From Nitrososphaerota archaeon (GTDB lineage Archaea; Thermoproteota; Nitrososphaeria; Nitrososphaerales; Gagatemarchaeaceae): DNA of 64,000 nt. The notes under the pieces were generated by a model. The model was not told where the DNA came from and made no database searches. It saw only the letters and a list, made by a program, of their open reading frames with translations. A program made the position numbers and the translations under genes. The stretch covers positions 55,725 through 119,724 of the forward strand of contig DAHWNW010000002.1 in NCBI GenBank assembly GCA_027339745.1, read 5' to 3'. Positions 62,352 through 64,000 of the stretch are shown here, piece by piece (positions within the stretch are counted from its first letter, which is position 1; the number at the start of each line of letters is the position of its first letter).

Positions 62352-63683
62352 TCATCGCGACAGGGTCACCCTGCTCAACACGGGTCTGGACTTGGACCAA
62401 AACTCGTCCGGAGTCCTATAGGAAGTCTCGACCACCACGTCGGTCTCCATTGTCGATTCTAGGTATTGCTTCAGGCGCTGGAGCGCAGAAGGGCTCGGCG
62501 CTTCGTCGGGGGAAGTCTTGAGCAGGAACCTGCCTACATCGAGCTGTATCAGCTGATAGTCTGCCAGCCCAAGACTGGATTCAGCCCAGTCAGCAACCGT
62601 CAAGGGCGAAACCTGCTCCCGGCGACTGTTCATAAGCCAGTCTGCCTTCCGCCCCAGCACCTTCCTGATCCTCATCAGGTTCGAGCCACAAGGGCAAGCT
62701 TCTCCGTCTGCCATTTCCACGACATCTCCCAGCCGGTACCTGATGAACGGCATCAGGGGGTTATGGAGCGAGGTTACCACGAGCTCGCCCGTTTCGCCTG
62801 GTCCGACTGGCTCGTCGTCCTTGAGGACTTCGGGGAAGATGAAGTCCTCATTGAAGTGGAGTCCCCTGTGAGCCGTGCAGACTGCACCCATCGGACCGAC
62901 TTCGGCTGCGCCATACCCCCAGAAGATCTCTGAACCATATAGCCCTTCTAACTCTCTGGCGCAGGTTTGGGTGAATACTTCGTTCGTTAGGACGAGCCCT
63001 CTGGGATGGATGCTTTCGCCTCTGGCCTTTAGAAATCGCCCAATCCGCCTGAGGTTTGACGGCCTGCATATCACGAAATCTGGGTTCATGCTCCTCAGGA
63101 CTTCGGCGTCCCGCTCGACATCCCAATTTGAACTCAACAACGGCTTCAGAAAGGGAAGGGGCCGCCCAAGCACTCCGAGCGGGAAGGAGAGTGAGAACGT
63201 ATCTCGCTTCAGCCGCCCATCCCTGTCTTGTCCAGGGCGCCAATAGGAGGTCGGGGGCCAGATTGATACTATTCGATGCCACGGCCTCGCTCCATAGTGG
63301 AGCAGGTGCCTCACCGTCATCGCTGTAGTCACTGCATGGTACTCCCGAGAGAAAGCAAGCCTAATCCTGGCCCCGCTGGTGCCGGTGGTCGACGAGTAAG
63401 ATCCTAAAGTGTTGATGAGGTTCTGCGATATCATCGCCTCTCCATTGCGTTCCACATCGCTCCTTTCGAGGATTGGTAGCGTCCTGAGGTCTTCGAGGGA
63501 CCTGAAGCCGAAGCCCTCAAGGGTCGAGGCGCGAGCGAACCTACGCCTGTAGAAAGGTACATTTTGGTAAGCCAAGGCGATTACTCGCCTCAGCTTCTTG
63601 TACTGGAGCTCCCTCAGCTCTTCTCTGGAGATTCTCGAGTTTCTGAACGCTTCGATGTAGGTCTTCGCGTCTTCCACTAACAA
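62352..63683 (-). CDS. Phenylacetate--CoA ligase family (PaaK/CapK-like) protein
   Basis: AYQNVPFYR, TTGTSG, YGAAEVG, GELVVTSL.N..MPFIRYRLGD, CPCG and GRKAD. Confidence 0.85.
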   Translation of the reverse strand: MLVEDAKTYIEAFRNSRISREELRELQYKKLRRVIALAYQNVPFYRRRFARASTLEGFGFRSLEDLRTLPILERSDVERNGEAMISQNLINTLGSYSSTTGTSGARIRLAFSREYHAVTTAMTVRHLLHYGARPWHRIVSIWPPTSYWRPGQDRDGRLKRDTFSLSFPLGVLGRPLPFLKPLLSSNWDVERDAEVLRSMNPDFVICRPSNLRRIGRFLKARGESIHPRGLVLTNEVFTQTCARELEGLYGSEIFWGYGAAEVGPMGAVCTAHRGLHFNEDFIFPEVLKDDEPVGPGETGELVVTSLHNPLMPFIRYRLGDVVEMADGEACPCGSNLMRIRKVLGRKADWLMNSRREQVSPLTVADWAESSLGLADYQLIQLDVGRFLLKTSPDEAPSPSALQRLKQYLESTMETDVVVETSYRTPDEFWSKSRPVLSRVTLSR

Positions 63684-64000
63684 AGGAGATGAAGGGGTTG
63701 ACCTGCCCCATTAAATCAATCGGTTAACGCCCTGCTCCATGACCACCATGAGATACCCTCGACGCTGGAGAGGGCATCACGTCGGGGAAAGCCCTCGGCT
63801 TCAGATGCGACGATCGCCCTGCTAGGCGTGGCTCAATCTGCGCACACAATGGAGATCCTACTGAACCGGACGTTGACCTTCGAGGTTAGAACCGAGACGG
63901 CTACGTATCTCCTCGCAGTAGGCGATGAAGGACGATTGCGTTCTCACCTTCTCGGTTCTCGGCCGGGGGACGTTGATAGCCACATCGCTGACGAGCTTTG

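Noticed and set aside
63684..64000. Possible partial gene at the window end
   Set aside because: No recognisable coding signal in the available sequence.

Overview
GC-rich archaeal chromosomal window, gene-dense up to about 56 kb. RadA, Lsm, eL13, the non-oxidative pentose phosphate operon, an intron-rich tRNA and the S-layer domain style point to a TACK archaeon, most likely a heterotrophic non-ammonia-oxidising Nitrososphaerota (inference; no database search was run). Contents in order: housekeeping genes (RIO2, Lsm, RadA paralog, Rqc2/NFACT); a 17 kb acyl-CoA/branched-chain amino acid catabolic cluster (Fe-S oxidoreductase, ETF, acyl-CoA dehydrogenase, PrpD, TrmB, LLM, MenA, acetoacetate-CoA ligase, two thiolase-fold proteins, DUF35, IlvE, acyl-CoA ligase); uppS, ino1, radA, asnS, tyrS, thiI, heme O/A synthases, sod and a pentose phosphate operon; then a cell-surface region (SlaA/SlaB-like pair, glycosyltransferases, MFS, PaaK/CapK-like). 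No CRISPR array, rRNA, transposase or integrase was seen. Best leads: (1) one palindrome, ATTACCAC-N6-GTRGTAAT, sits in front of both the LLM and menA genes next to a TrmB regulator; (2) a Cys-less thiolase-fold/DUF35 pair lies in an apparent operon with acetoacetate-CoA ligase and is a candidate retro-aldolase; (3) a tRNA-Tyr is split by three BHB introns; (4) an eL22-like protein and eL13 share basic tails; (5) a stand-alone copy of the S-layer C-terminal domain; (6) an EMC6/OPTI-like gene overlaps rqc2 head-to-head. All protein calls come from motif recognition by eye.
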